This document shows, one piece after another, positions 33,464 to 44,499 of a stretch of 64,000 nt of DNA. The position numbers were made by a program, and so were the translations under genes. This DNA comes from Histomonas meleagridis 2922-C6/04-290x. Lineage: Eukaryota > Protista > Parabasalia. The notes under the pieces were generated by a model. It worked only from the letters and a program-made list of their open reading frames with translations. It was not told where the DNA came from and made no database searches. Every line of letters begins with the position of its first letter. Position 1 is the stretch's first letter. The DNA is taken from assembly GCA_020184695.1 (NCBI GenBank), contig JAANOX010000159.1, forward strand, positions 62,001 to 126,000, in the 5' to 3' direction.

Positions 33464-35647
33464 ATGGAGCACCAAATCCGCCAATTTCACATTAAAGATA
33501 AACCACCTGTTCAATATCCTGACTCAAGCGGATCCCTTCCTAGTGAGTATTCATATCGAATTTGTTACCATGAAGAAATTCTATATTTCATAATATCAGG
33601 AAAATTATATTTTTTAAATCTGAAAGAACAAAAAAATCAAAAATATAAATGGGAAGTCAATGATATTGTTCCATTTTCTACTCGATATGGCCAATCTATG
33701 ACTGCCACGCCACAAGGTATCGTTTTCTTTGGAGGATATGAAACTCCAGATGTTTGCTTAAATGACCTTTGGATATTTAATAAGGATGCAAAGTTACAAT
33801 GGTCATATATTACATGTTCAATTCCACCTCGAGCATTCCATGCAGCAACTGCTGATAATTCAGGTCATCTTGTTATATCAGGCGGTAAGATTCAAGATCA
33901 GCTATATGATGATATTTATATCTTAAATCTTGAAACGCAAGTCCTGCAAAAACTCGATTTTAGCATCAAGCTTCCATTTTACAACCATTCAATTTCCTTC
34001 ATATCAAAAAGTGAAATTTGTTTACTCGGCGGTTTTGACAGTGCCAAGAAACATAATTACCAAATATTAAACATAAACATTGAAAACAAAGAAATTAAAT
34101 CACTTGAAAGTGAGTATCATAATAACGATTTGAATTTTTCGAATTGTTCATATTGTTTTGATCTCTTATTTGCATCACCAGGTGTTAAAGAAGTCCAAAA
34201 GAACCCATTAATTTCCGAAGTTAATGACATTATGATGTTTCAACTTAGTCATAGTGCATGGATTCCATTAGACTTAAGTAAGTTTCATGATTTTGATCCA
34301 TATTTTGTCTTTCAAAACAACCAACAAAAAAATTGCATTTTTATAATTAATCGATCATTATCCACATTAATATGTTATGAAATCTTTTCCGATCCAAACT
34401 TTACATTTTCTGTTGATCATCTTGAATATATATCATTTTTACGTAAGTCGTTAATTTATGCGAATCACAAATTTTCGAAAGCGGACACACAATTTAATGA
34501 TGAAATTCGTGATGAAAAACGTAATATATCAAACACACGATTACGTATTAAGAAGTTAATTCTTGATAATAAACTTCTTTCATCAACAGATGTCGATAAC
34601 TTTTTCCAAGAAGAAGAAAATTTTGAAGCGTTAAAAGGAATTGAATCACATTCATTAAAGATAAGTCAACGAATTCAACTTAAAAAAGACAAAAACGAAA
34701 TAATTAAAAACGATGATGAAGAAAACGCGACAGACTTCCACAAAACAGTTTTATTAATGTTAACGAAGAAACATGAATATAAAGAATCGATTTCCAACTT
34801 AACTAAAGAAGCAGAAACTTTATCCGAACAAATCGATAAAATTTCATTAATTACTGAATCGAAAAATCCACGAAAGACGAATACAATTAAAACGAAAGAA
34901 ATATTTTGTGATTCACGACAACTATCGAATAAGTTACGTATTATGAATGAAGAAATTCGACAATTACGTTCGCAATATAATCAAAAATATTCCGAATATA
35001 TAAAAACTAAAGAAAGTATCTTAAGTAGTTATGGACAATTATTTCAAGTCCAACAATATATTAATAATACATCGAATTTAATATACGACTTAAAGTTAAA
35101 ATATTTCAAAATATTTAAGAAACTATTTAAACTTCGAGAGAAAGAATCAAATATTAAAATTATCGATGACGCCATGAAAGAACTTTCAGTGGATAATGTA
35201 ATCATTCCGATAAAAACTAAAAAGACAATTTCGTTAATCGATGAAAAACGAAAAATTATTCGCGAAATCTCTGATTCTATTGAAGTTTTAATGTCAACTT
35301 CAAAAGGTTGTGATGGATTCTCTATGGATAGAGTAAACAAGTCGATTCAAGCATTGGAAACTTGGACAATTTCGGCAATTAAAGTGTTGCCAACAAGAAA
35401 TACAAATAAGCCATTGGTGATGCATAGAATGAAGATAAGGAATACAAGCAGATTGGGAAATAGACCAGAAAGAGTGACGCCGCCACCTGAGGCAAGAAAT
35501 ATGAGAACGACTGTGATAAACAGAAGAAATTCTTCGCTCAGTTTCTCGCAGATGTCAAATGGAATTAAAAGATGGGACTTGTTCGCAAGCGATATCGAAA
35601 AGGTACTCGATAGAATAGAAGAAGAACTGCATCAGAAATTGTTGTAA
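33464..35647 (+). CDS. Kelch-repeat + coiled-coil protein
   Basis: RYGQSM..VFFGG..LNDLWIF, PRAFHAA..VISGG..DDIYIL; C-terminal coiled coil. Confidence 0.75.
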   Translation: MEHQIRQFHIKDKPPVQYPDSSGSLPSEYSYRICYHEEILYFIISGKLYFLNLKEQKNQKYKWEVNDIVPFSTRYGQSMTATPQGIVFFGGYETPDVCLNDLWIFNKDAKLQWSYITCSIPPRAFHAATADNSGHLVISGGKIQDQLYDDIYILNLETQVLQKLDFSIKLPFYNHSISFISKSEICLLGGFDSAKKHNYQILNINIENKEIKSLESEYHNNDLNFSNCSYCFDLLFASPGVKEVQKNPLISEVNDIMMFQLSHSAWIPLDLSKFHDFDPYFVFQNNQQKNCIFIINRSLSTLICYEIFSDPNFTFSVDHLEYISFLRKSLIYANHKFSKADTQFNDEIRDEKRNISNTRLRIKKLILDNKLLSSTDVDNFFQEEENFEALKGIESHSLKISQRIQLKKDKNEIIKNDDEENATDFHKTVLLMLTKKHEYKESISNLTKEAETLSEQIDKISLITESKNPRKTNTIKTKEIFCDSRQLSNKLRIMNEEIRQLRSQYNQKYSEYIKTKESILSSYGQLFQVQQYINNTSNLIYDLKLKYFKIFKKLFKLREKESNIKIIDDAMKELSVDNVIIPIKTKKTISLIDEKRKIIREISDSIEVLMSTSKGCDGFSMDRVNKSIQALETWTISAIKVLPTRNTNKPLVMHRMKIRNTSRLGNRPERVTPPPEARNMRTTVINRRNSSLSFSQMSNGIKRWDLFASDIEKVLDRIEEELHQKLL

Positions 35648-36312
35648 ATCAAATTATATAAAAACTGTACTTAGTAAGTGTTTTCGTTTGATTTGAGTAT
35701 TCGATGTAATTACATTTAGTTTTGAAAATATTTATGGAATTGTGATAAAAAAGTTTTGATCGATATCGACTGACATTTCATTCATTATCGAATAACTTTG
35801 ATCATGATAACTAAGAATAAGATGTATACTTCGATTAATGCAAAATATATTATTAAGCATATCAATAAGATTTTGTTCAATATTTTCTATTAATTGATTC
35901 CACGTATATCGTACAAATATATTAAAATTAAAAGAAGTTCCAATCAAGTCGATTCCAATTAAAGATTTAACTTTTTTCAATAACAATTCAGAATAATCCC
36001 AAAAAAAAATTTTCCAAAGCCTCCCTTCTACAATGTAACATATAGTTTTCATGGATAATAATTCTGCAACAAAATATAAAACTGTTTAAAATATTTTTTT
36101 AGTAAATCACTCAAAACAAATTGGACAGAACAAAAAGTTACCTAAATTGAATTTTTGAAAGTGTTTTGAATTTTTCTGTATAAATTTTGGGACAGTTCAC
36201 ATCTTTACTCAAGAAAACGATTATTTCTAATTGAATGCCGTGAAACATGACACTTTTCTTGAAAACATCACTTGATATGACACTTTTTCTTTGAACGGCC
36301 ATTTCAACAAAA

Positions 36313-36882
36313 ATGCACAAACTTGAAACGCCTTGGACATTTTATTATTATCAAAGACCACCGTTAAATGGCAATCAAAGCTATGAAGAAAGTATTCACA
36401 AGATTGGTAAATTTTCAACAGTTGAAGAATTTTGGTCATATTATTCTCACATTATAAATCCTGGTAAACTTGCGCACACGCTTGCTTTACATCTTTTCAG
36501 AAACGATTCTCGTGCAATGTGGGAAGATGAAGAAAATTCAAAAGGTGGATTTTTTTTGATACGTTTTCCAAAAGGCAGTATTAACTATATTTGGGAAATA
36601 CTTGTACTCAATCTCATAGGTGAACAATTTCCTTCTGATGTTGTTGGTGTTGTAATTTCGAAGAAACAAAAGTTTGATTTAATTCATTTATGGCATCAAA
36701 CATCTTCTGACGAAAAACTTAAAATGGAAATTGTAACCACTCTTTGGAAGACATTAGAACTTCCACAAAGAATGCAAATTGATTATTATTCATTTCAAGA
36801 TGTTTTATCAAATCAAACAAGCACAAAAGGGATAAAATATATCATTGAACAAGAAGGTCCTGTGATGTATAAATCTGAATAA
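36313..36882 (+). CDS. eIF4E: Cap-binding translation initiation factor eIF4E family
   Basis: HKLETPWTFYY, FSTVEEFWSYY, MWEDEENSKGG. Confidence 0.92.
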   Translation: MHKLETPWTFYYYQRPPLNGNQSYEESIHKIGKFSTVEEFWSYYSHIINPGKLAHTLALHLFRNDSRAMWEDEENSKGGFFLIRFPKGSINYIWEILVLNLIGEQFPSDVVGVVISKKQKFDLIHLWHQTSSDEKLKMEIVTTLWKTLELPQRMQIDYYSFQDVLSNQTSTKGIKYIIEQEGPVMYKSE

Positions 36883-36969
36883 AACAACATGTGATTATTT
36901 TTTGTTGTAAATTTCATCCGCTCTAATTTATTTCGACCGTTAAGAAAATAAAGTTTTGTAAATTGACAA

Positions 36970-39900
36970 ATGAAGACTGCCAAACTAGAAAACCCACTTG
37001 CATTAGCAATTATTGAGACATACAAATTACAACCAAAGGTTCCTGATCTAATTAAAATTCTTCGTGCAATTGAAGCAGATTTAGATGAACTTGATATTCA
37101 AAATACAGATGTAAATGATTTGGCAGTCTACATTCATCAATTATATCCTATAAACAATCTTACATGTCATGGATATCTTATTAAAATTATAACGGAACTT
37201 GAATTAAATTCAAATGAATCTATAATTGAAAAGTATCATTTTGATTATTTAATTGCACAATCATTAGACCAACGTCCACCTGATCCCCAACCTAAAGTTG
37301 ATGAAGAGAAAAATGCGTGTTTTCGTATAGTTTCATTACTTCTTAAATATCGTAAGTATTTGCCACATTCTATATTACGTGCTCTTGTATCTCTATACCA
37401 AACACCCAAACATATGTATCGACCATTAATCATTGCATATTTATCAGAAGCATGTTTTGTATGTCCAAGTCAAATTATCTCCATTCCAGATATTCCACAA
37501 CTTCTCATCGAAAACTTAATGGAGACGGGCAATCCGATGATATCTTCTTTACTATCATATTCAGTTGAACATTTTTCACCTTTCATATTTCAAAAACATT
37601 TTTTTTCACATCTCACGACACCATTTTGTTCATTAACAGACAACAACGAAATTAATAACAATTCGATCACAGCCATTACATCCATCTTAATTACATGGCC
37701 AGGTTTATTACACATTGGCTTCAAAGAACAAATTTTTGATGATTTATTACAATGTATAACACATCGTTCAGATTCCATTGTCACAATACTTAAATCGTTA
37801 TTAAAACTTAATAATATTAGCAACACAAATAATAATTCTAATGTTGATCAACATAAACAAAAGAACATCTTATTTAGTTATCATGGCTTATTATTACATT
37901 ATTTAATTAAAATTGGATTAATACCCAAATTACATAAAACAGCTATAACTAATGAATCATCTTCTACATTATTAGGTCAATTATTACCATATATTTCTAA
38001 TGAGAAATCATCAGTTGATTTATTACCGATGGTATTTCATGAGAATAAAATTATTGAACAAAATTGTAATTCATTAGCGTTTAAATTATCACAATATGTC
38101 GCACAACAACCACGAACACAACAAATTAATGTTGGTTCTAATCAACAAGTGATTACAGTTTGTGGTTGTTCTATCCAAAGTGATAATCATTTAGTATGGA
38201 ATTGGATTATGTTATTAAAGTTATTATCAGTAATATTACCACATAATGAAACAGAAGCTACAACACAATCAGCGAAATTATTATACAACAAATTACTTGA
38301 TTATTTTTCAGGCCCTTATTTACAATCTAAATCATTAAAATCGACTTCAACTAAATCCGATTGTTTAGTAGCGTTATGTAGTTTATTAATGAATGATTGG
38401 GGCATATCAATATTACAGAATCATAATAACTTCGTTAAAGCTTTATATAATGCTATGTCTGAAATATCAACAACAGATACACCAAATTGGTCATATTTTA
38501 GATGTGTAACTGAACTAATGAAAACTGATGAAGGGACAGTCTTTTTACAGAAGAATAAAATCGGGGAATTATTAAATCAAATCGAAGCACAATGTAATGA
38601 TGTTGAACGTGTAAAAGAATTAATTTCTTATATTGATTTATCGACATATGTAGTTATTGGTGTACAAATGTATTTAAACTTCTTAAAATCAAAATCATTT
38701 GAAATCCAACAAGTTATCTTAAATTCACTTAATCATATGAAAGATATTATTCCAAACTTTCATAAAAATGTATTCCAAAAAATCATTTTAATACATTTTA
38801 AACATAATAAAGAAATTAAAGGCGACTTAAAATTATTAACAGATATTTTAATTACTAATAAAAAATGCTTAAAAATTACTGCAAAAGATTCGGAAATGCA
38901 TCAAATATTACAAAAGAGATCACATCAAGTCTATTCATTATTGTTTAGTATAGAAGAAGGGTTTAAACATGGTAATGTTAATAATGAAATCCAATGGTGG
39001 ATTGATACAGGAAATTATTCATATGTTAAAATATTTGATGATGAATTAGAAAAAGCATTTAAGACAGATGAATTAGTTAATATACCAATACATTTATTTG
39101 GGCAATTATGTAAAACTAATATTGGAAGAGAGAAGTTAATCCCTTATATTCCTTCATTAATCGAACAATTAGAACATAAATCGAAAACTGAGAAACGTTC
39201 CATTATATATTCACTTGGACAATTTGGTTCTAATATTGAAGCACTTGAATTAATGAAACCATTAAAAGTATTGGAGACATTAATGTCGATCATTAACACG
39301 ACTAAATCATATGTAATTAAAGGCACAATCATTACAACGTTTTCATTAATGGCACAAAATAAATATCTTTCGGATATCATCGAGAAGAACAATTGGATAT
39401 CATTTAAGTTTGGTAATGATTCAGTTATTATACCAAATGATATATCGATATTATATAACAAACATGATGAACTTAATCCAATATTAGAAGATATGAATGA
39501 TGACATTAATGAATATGAAGAAATTACTTCATTAATTAGACAAGTATCAAGTCCAATATCACAAAAACAAGCAAAAAACGATTTATATTCAAAATATCAA
39601 AATGATCATAAGTTATTCGAACAAACTAAATTAGCAATTTATGCAAACGAAATGATGAGTAAGTTCACAATATCACCAGATAATAGATCCTTCTTAATTA
39701 GATTGTTCACAAGAGCAACTTTGTTGTCATTAAAAGATGGCGAAAATATAAAGAAAAATGTGAACGAAGAAAAGGCTGCAGAAATAAGAGCAAAGTTGTT
39801 CTTCTGCTTGAATAATAACGCAATCGATTTGCCATTGACAATGATAAATGTAATGAAGTGTAACGTGAACGAAATTAAAAATAAGAAGTTGTGCCCAAAC

Positions 39901-40026
39901 TGTCCGGAAGTACTACTAAGTGAAGAAGAATTTCAGAATGTGACGGGATTAAATAAAAAGGAATTTTACGAATTGAAGCCAAAGAAAATGGATAAAATTC
40001 GTAGTAAAATTATGAGCGAAAATTAA
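36970..40026 (+). CDS. RICTOR: RICTOR/AVO3-like TORC2 subunit
   Basis: FDYLIAQSLD..EEKNACFRIV (N domain), PIHLFGQLCKT, IIYSLGQFGS, VIKGTIITTFSLMA..NNW (RICTOR_V-like). Confidence 0.75.
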   Translation: MKTAKLENPLALAIIETYKLQPKVPDLIKILRAIEADLDELDIQNTDVNDLAVYIHQLYPINNLTCHGYLIKIITELELNSNESIIEKYHFDYLIAQSLDQRPPDPQPKVDEEKNACFRIVSLLLKYRKYLPHSILRALVSLYQTPKHMYRPLIIAYLSEACFVCPSQIISIPDIPQLLIENLMETGNPMISSLLSYSVEHFSPFIFQKHFFSHLTTPFCSLTDNNEINNNSITAITSILITWPGLLHIGFKEQIFDDLLQCITHRSDSIVTILKSLLKLNNISNTNNNSNVDQHKQKNILFSYHGLLLHYLIKIGLIPKLHKTAITNESSSTLLGQLLPYISNEKSSVDLLPMVFHENKIIEQNCNSLAFKLSQYVAQQPRTQQINVGSNQQVITVCGCSIQSDNHLVWNWIMLLKLLSVILPHNETEATTQSAKLLYNKLLDYFSGPYLQSKSLKSTSTKSDCLVALCSLLMNDWGISILQNHNNFVKALYNAMSEISTTDTPNWSYFRCVTELMKTDEGTVFLQKNKIGELLNQIEAQCNDVERVKELISYIDLSTYVVIGVQMYLNFLKSKSFEIQQVILNSLNHMKDIIPNFHKNVFQKIILIHFKHNKEIKGDLKLLTDILITNKKCLKITAKDSEMHQILQKRSHQVYSLLFSIEEGFKHGNVNNEIQWWIDTGNYSYVKIFDDELEKAFKTDELVNIPIHLFGQLCKTNIGREKLIPYIPSLIEQLEHKSKTEKRSIIYSLGQFGSNIEALELMKPLKVLETLMSIINTTKSYVIKGTIITTFSLMAQNKYLSDIIEKNNWISFKFGNDSVIIPNDISILYNKHDELNPILEDMNDDINEYEEITSLIRQVSSPISQKQAKNDLYSKYQNDHKLFEQTKLAIYANEMMSKFTISPDNRSFLIRLFTRATLLSLKDGENIKKNVNEEKAAEIRAKLFFCLNNNAIDLPLTMINVMKCNVNEIKNKKLCPNCPEVLLSEEEFQNVTGLNKKEFYELKPKKMDKIRSKIMSEN

Positions 40027-40918
40027 ATTAAAAAAATCGATTTTTTTTTAAATAAATTTTTAAAAAAAATTCAAATTTCTTCTTTAATGAATAATATTTC
40101 CTAAAATAGAAAGAAACAATCACTAGGGCAGGTAAATTTTCAAAAATATAAAATTTCACTTTCTCACGAGTTTATATGAAAATAAGAGATAAAATGTATA
40201 TATATAACACTATTTTTGTTCATTAAAGATTTAAGTATAGTTTCATTTTTATTAGATTCAATCATATTTTATTCTAATTAAAATGAAAACTGAAAAGTAA
40301 CTTACTACTCATGCATCAGAATTACCTATAGAAGAAAATTATACTATTTAGATATTGAAGAATATGAAAGAGATTTAACTAACGTTAATTAAAATAATGG
40401 TTGTACATTTAGGTATTCACAACGTTGGTTAGAATCTCCATCACAAAATAAAGTTGTTGGAATGCGACATCTCACATAATTGCATTAAAATAAAACAGCA
40501 GTTGTTCTCAGTATACTGTTTTTTCCCTTGTTTCGATGAAAATCTGGTCAAAATTGTTTGTTTATTTCAAATTAATTGATAGGTTGACTATGCTTCGTTC
40601 ATCAGGATAAAGGTGTTCCCATGCCCATATAACTACCTGAGCCGAATATTTCTTTATTAGTTGCATTTATAAAATTATATAATTTTTCTACAATTCTCAT
40701 AGGTTAATTCTTTTGATTAAAACATCATATTACATCTGATTTATTCAGATCATATGGACATTTCTTTCTATTATCATCAATATTTATTTCTAACATGTTT
40801 TTCTGTTCTTTTCAGAAAAACACCAAATCAAGTTACTCACCAATTATGATGTTTCAGGTGAATGTAAAATATTTCTTTACTTTACGTGATCGGTAAAAGG
40901 CCTAGCCCCAAAAAACTT

Positions 40919-41656
40919 ATGAGAGCATCTATTTCAAGGCGTGATGTATACAAAAAAACTGCCGTAAAAGATGGATGGAGGGCGAGGTCAGCTTATAAGC
41001 TAATTATGATTGATGAAAAACTTGATATTTTTTCTCATTGCCTTCGAGTTGTTGATCTTTGTTGTGCTCCTGGTTCTTGGTCACAAGTTGCAGCAAAGCT
41101 GATTCCACCATCACCTGATAGACGCATTATTGCAATAGATCTCAGAGATATTCAACCAATAGATGGTGTAATTCAATTACATGGTGATATTACCTGCGAA
41201 TCCACAGCAAAGAGAGTCATTGATCTTATGGATGGTAATTTAGCAGATCTTGTTATGGCAGATGGGGCACCTGATATAACTGGTCGAATTGAATATGATG
41301 AATATGTTCAACATGGTCTTGTGAGGGCATCACTCGCTATAGCTACGATGATGCTCAGAGAAGGTGGGTACTTCATTTCCAAAATATTCAGAACAAAATC
41401 ATTATCTTCGGTATATGCACAACTCGGTTGTTTCTTTTCTGAAATAGTCCTTTGTAAATCGCGTGCATCAAGACTATCTTCTGTTGAAGCATTTGTTGTG
41501 TGCAAAGGGTTTAAACTTCCAGACCAATATATTCCAACATTGATCACAACAAGGCTTCCATCAGGACCAGTTCCGAACGTTCCTTTTGTTCCATGTGGAG
41601 ACGTAAATGGATACGATTCAGAGAGAACATATTTACTAAGTGATGATGAGGAATGA
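40919..41656 (+). CDS. TRM7: tRNA 2'-O-methyltransferase Trm7/FTSJ1
   Basis: GWRARSAYKL, VDLCCAPGSWSQ, DGAPDITG, KIFR, SRLSSVEAFVVC. ATG at 40919 (ORF-track start is GTG). Confidence 0.88.
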   Translation: MRASISRRDVYKKTAVKDGWRARSAYKLIMIDEKLDIFSHCLRVVDLCCAPGSWSQVAAKLIPPSPDRRIIAIDLRDIQPIDGVIQLHGDITCESTAKRVIDLMDGNLADLVMADGAPDITGRIEYDEYVQHGLVRASLAIATMMLREGGYFISKIFRTKSLSSVYAQLGCFFSEIVLCKSRASRLSSVEAFVVCKGFKLPDQYIPTLITTRLPSGPVPNVPFVPCGDVNGYDSERTYLLSDDEE

Positions 41657-41761
41657 AACTCATTCCAAAATGCGATATAATATTATGGCGTTGATCTTTA
41701 TTAATAAAATCTGTTCATTTTATTATGTAATTACCGCAAATTTAAATCTGAAAATCAGTAA

Positions 41762-42127
41762 TTACTGATTAGCCAAAAAACTACGAGCCGCATTTAGCAT
41801 ATCAAGGTATTCCTTGTCTGGTTTGGGAGACACACCATAGTGTGGACTTGTATTGGTAAGTTCATGTGGCATCTGAATTCCATAAAAAGTTTCAAGAATA
41901 AAATATACATCATTAACTTCTAGAGATGGATTTTTCTTTTTGCTTGCAAGTTCTAGTGATTTTTTAATGACACTTTGAATGAAATCAAGTGCAACATCTT
42001 TCAATAAGTTTTCTGCTTTTGGAACTACTTCAAAATCACTGTTGATTTTAGTTTGTATATTTTTAACAAAATCTGGTGTGAAAGTTTTAATCCTTGATAA
42101 AGAGTCTACATTTTTTCTGTTGTTCAT
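41762..42127 (-). CDS. TAF12: TFIID subunit TAF12-like histone-fold protein
   Basis: LLKDVALDFIQSVIKKSLELASKKKNPSLEVNDVYFILE..GIQMP. Confidence 0.7.
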   Translation of the reverse strand: MNNRKNVDSLSRIKTFTPDFVKNIQTKINSDFEVVPKAENLLKDVALDFIQSVIKKSLELASKKKNPSLEVNDVYFILETFYGIQMPHELTNTSPHYGVSPKPDKEYLDMLNAARSFLANQ

Positions 42128-42305
42128 TTTTTATCCTTACAATAGGGTGCCCTGTTTTGACTTCACAAATGTAAATCTTCAATTTCGAATTTTTTCATAT
42201 ACGAAATTATTTCACATATTATTTAAATAATTTAGCAAATATATATACTTATTCTTTCTATGTTTTTAAGTAATGTATCTTTTAGCTTTAAAACAGTTTT
42301 TTTAC

Positions 42306-43340
42306 TTACATTTGTGTCATTTCGTTCCACATTTTCTCCATTTTGTTTAACCATTTATTTTCCACCAATTCTTTTGCAGTCAGTCTTTGTTCGGGATTTT
42401 TACACAATAACTTCTTTAAAATTTTCTTTAGTTTCTCTGGTACAACTCTTTCTTCCGTAAATATTAACTCGTGCTGCATCACGTTATTTACAACTCGAAT
42501 ATGAGGTGGTAGCGATGGATTTTCTTCGAACTTCTCTAAGTTAAATGGATATTTCCCGTACAATAAACAGTACACTGTGATTCCGAGTGACCACATATCC
42601 GTCGGCTTTGGGCGAAATGAATTCTGTGATATTTCAGGAGCCATGAAGACTGAGGTCCCAATCTTTTCGCTTAGAAGTTGGTTCGAATCATTTAACACAA
42701 CACTTACTGAAAAATCACTTAATACAAAACCGTGATCAAAAAGCAAAATATTTTGTGGCTTGATATCATGATGAATAATGTTTTTGGAATGCATGTATGA
42801 TAGTGCACTGCCAATTTGAAGTAAAAACTCAACACACATTCGAATCGTGATTTGTGGAAATGAATTATTGGAAAGAGAACCATATGGAGCAAGTGGCATA
42901 ATGGCTGCTGTGGTTTTGTCTGTAGGTTTTTGGAGTGTAACACAGTTTAAATATTTAAGAATATGGGGATGATCTAATAATGCAGAAATTTCTACTTCTT
43001 TAGGAACAATTGACACATTGTGATTGTTGAAGACTTTGACAGCAACTGGTGTGTCGGTGTGAATATCAATTCCTGAATAGACAAAGGCTTCAGAACCTCG
43101 TCCAATGATATCATTGATGATATATCCTTTGATTTCAATTTGATCTTGAATCTGAATGGGCTTGTTGTCGCTGGTGCTGTGGAATTTTGAGTTGTTTGAT
43201 AAGGTTGAAGCAAAAGCATCAGAATAACAATTAACAGGATTTTCTATGATTTTTAGAAAAGGATGACGGATCAAGCTGTCTTTGTCTGAGGTACCATTTA
43301 TTATATCATTATCATTCGATTTTGATGAAGAATTCCCCAA
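42306..43340 (-). CDS. Ser/Thr protein kinase (CAMK/CAMKK-like) with no in-frame AUG start
   Basis: GRGSEAFV, VAVK, HHDIKPQN, DFS, GTSVFMAPE, DMWSLG. Opens at TTG-GGG-AAT (L/M-G-N-S-S-S). Confidence 0.8.
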   Translation of the reverse strand: MGNSSSKSNDNDIINGTSDKDSLIRHPFLKIIENPVNCYSDAFASTLSNNSKFHSTSDNKPIQIQDQIEIKGYIINDIIGRGSEAFVYSGIDIHTDTPVAVKVFNNHNVSIVPKEVEISALLDHPHILKYLNCVTLQKPTDKTTAAIMPLAPYGSLSNNSFPQITIRMCVEFLLQIGSALSYMHSKNIIHHDIKPQNILLFDHGFVLSDFSVSVVLNDSNQLLSEKIGTSVFMAPEISQNSFRPKPTDMWSLGITVYCLLYGKYPFNLEKFEENPSLPPHIRVVNNVMQHELIFTEERVVPEKLKKILKKLLCKNPEQRLTAKELVENKWLNKMEKMWNEMTQM

Positions 43341-43714
43341 AACTCAAAAATAGTATTAACCGTTTTGATTTGTATTAGATAAACTATTGAAAGCCTTACC
43401 AAGAAATTTGTTCAAGCCCTATTGCACACAAGTGGATGCAACATAATTTTCATTTGATCTCACAGCTTTTATTACAACTTGTAACAACAATAATGTGGGC
43501 AGAATGATTTAATTATCATTAAAAAAAAAATTCATACTATTTGATGTATATGCTGATAAAAAATTGTAAGCTTTTGCTTTATGATAGAAATAAATTAAAT
43601 TTTTTCATTAGTACAGAAGTTTATAAAAATGAGAAATTTGGTATTTTAAAAACATTTCTAAATTTAGCACTTTTTGCATAAATATATTTTGAGAAGGTTT
43701 GTCTGACTTCAATC

Positions 43715-44467
43715 ATGCAAGTTTTAGCACCAGAATTGTTTCACAGAGAATATTTAGAGTCAGGTAAACGTCTTGATCATCGCCAAATAACAGATGGTCG
43801 TGCTGTTACAATAACACATAAATGCTTGGATGATTTTCCTAGTTCTTCATTGGTATCTCTTGGAAAAACAATTGTTGTCACAGCAGTTTCTATAAAACCA
43901 CAACCAATTTCACCATCACTGACAGTTAATGTTCAACGATCAGTTGTTTCAACAGTCAAAGGGAAATCATCATGTGATAAGACACTTACTGCAATGCTTT
44001 TAGCAATTGCTCCAAAGATTTTATCACCCGCAGATTTAGAAATTGCACGTCCAGATCCACATGATATTTATATGACTGCAGTTAAAGTATGGAGTTTTAA
44101 TCTAGATATTCATCAGACAATCATTAGCGATGATGGTGCTGTTGAGGTAGCATTAATTCTTGGTTTCGAGGAAGCACTCTCATGCCTTGAGCTTCCAATT
44201 TATACATTAGATTCAGAATGTCAATTGGTTCAAACACCAGAAACAAGACAACTACCGCTTCTTCCAATCACTGGAATGAGGTTTGGCCTGTTGAATGATA
44301 TGCTCTTTTTCGATCCAACAAATGATGAAGAAAAGATCATCGATGGATGCTGCACAATCATAATGTCCAAAGAGGACGAGCCAAAAATTCTAAAGCTTTC
44401 TACTACTGGTACATTCTGCCTTACAGAGGAGCTGATTGCGAATATGGTCAATGCTTGTTGCAAATAA
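43715..44467 (+). CDS. Exosome RNase PH-like subunit (RRP43/RRP42/RRP45 group)
   Basis: GKRLDHRQITDGRAV, SSLVSLGKT, DDGAVE, FFDPTNDEE. Confidence 0.75.
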   Translation: MQVLAPELFHREYLESGKRLDHRQITDGRAVTITHKCLDDFPSSSLVSLGKTIVVTAVSIKPQPISPSLTVNVQRSVVSTVKGKSSCDKTLTAMLLAIAPKILSPADLEIARPDPHDIYMTAVKVWSFNLDIHQTIISDDGAVEVALILGFEEALSCLELPIYTLDSECQLVQTPETRQLPLLPITGMRFGLLNDMLFFDPTNDEEKIIDGCCTIIMSKEDEPKILKLSTTGTFCLTEELIANMVNACCK

Positions 44468-44499
44468 ACTGTTGAAAGATAATTATTTCATTAATGAGT

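Noticed and set aside
35732-36052. 106-aa minus-strand ORF
   Set aside because: AT-rich, with no recognisable motif or promoter support; likely spurious or a relic.
40300-40860. Coding-like fragments (RYSQRWLESP; IWAWEHLYPDER on the minus strand)
   Set aside because: Too degraded to assign a family without a search.
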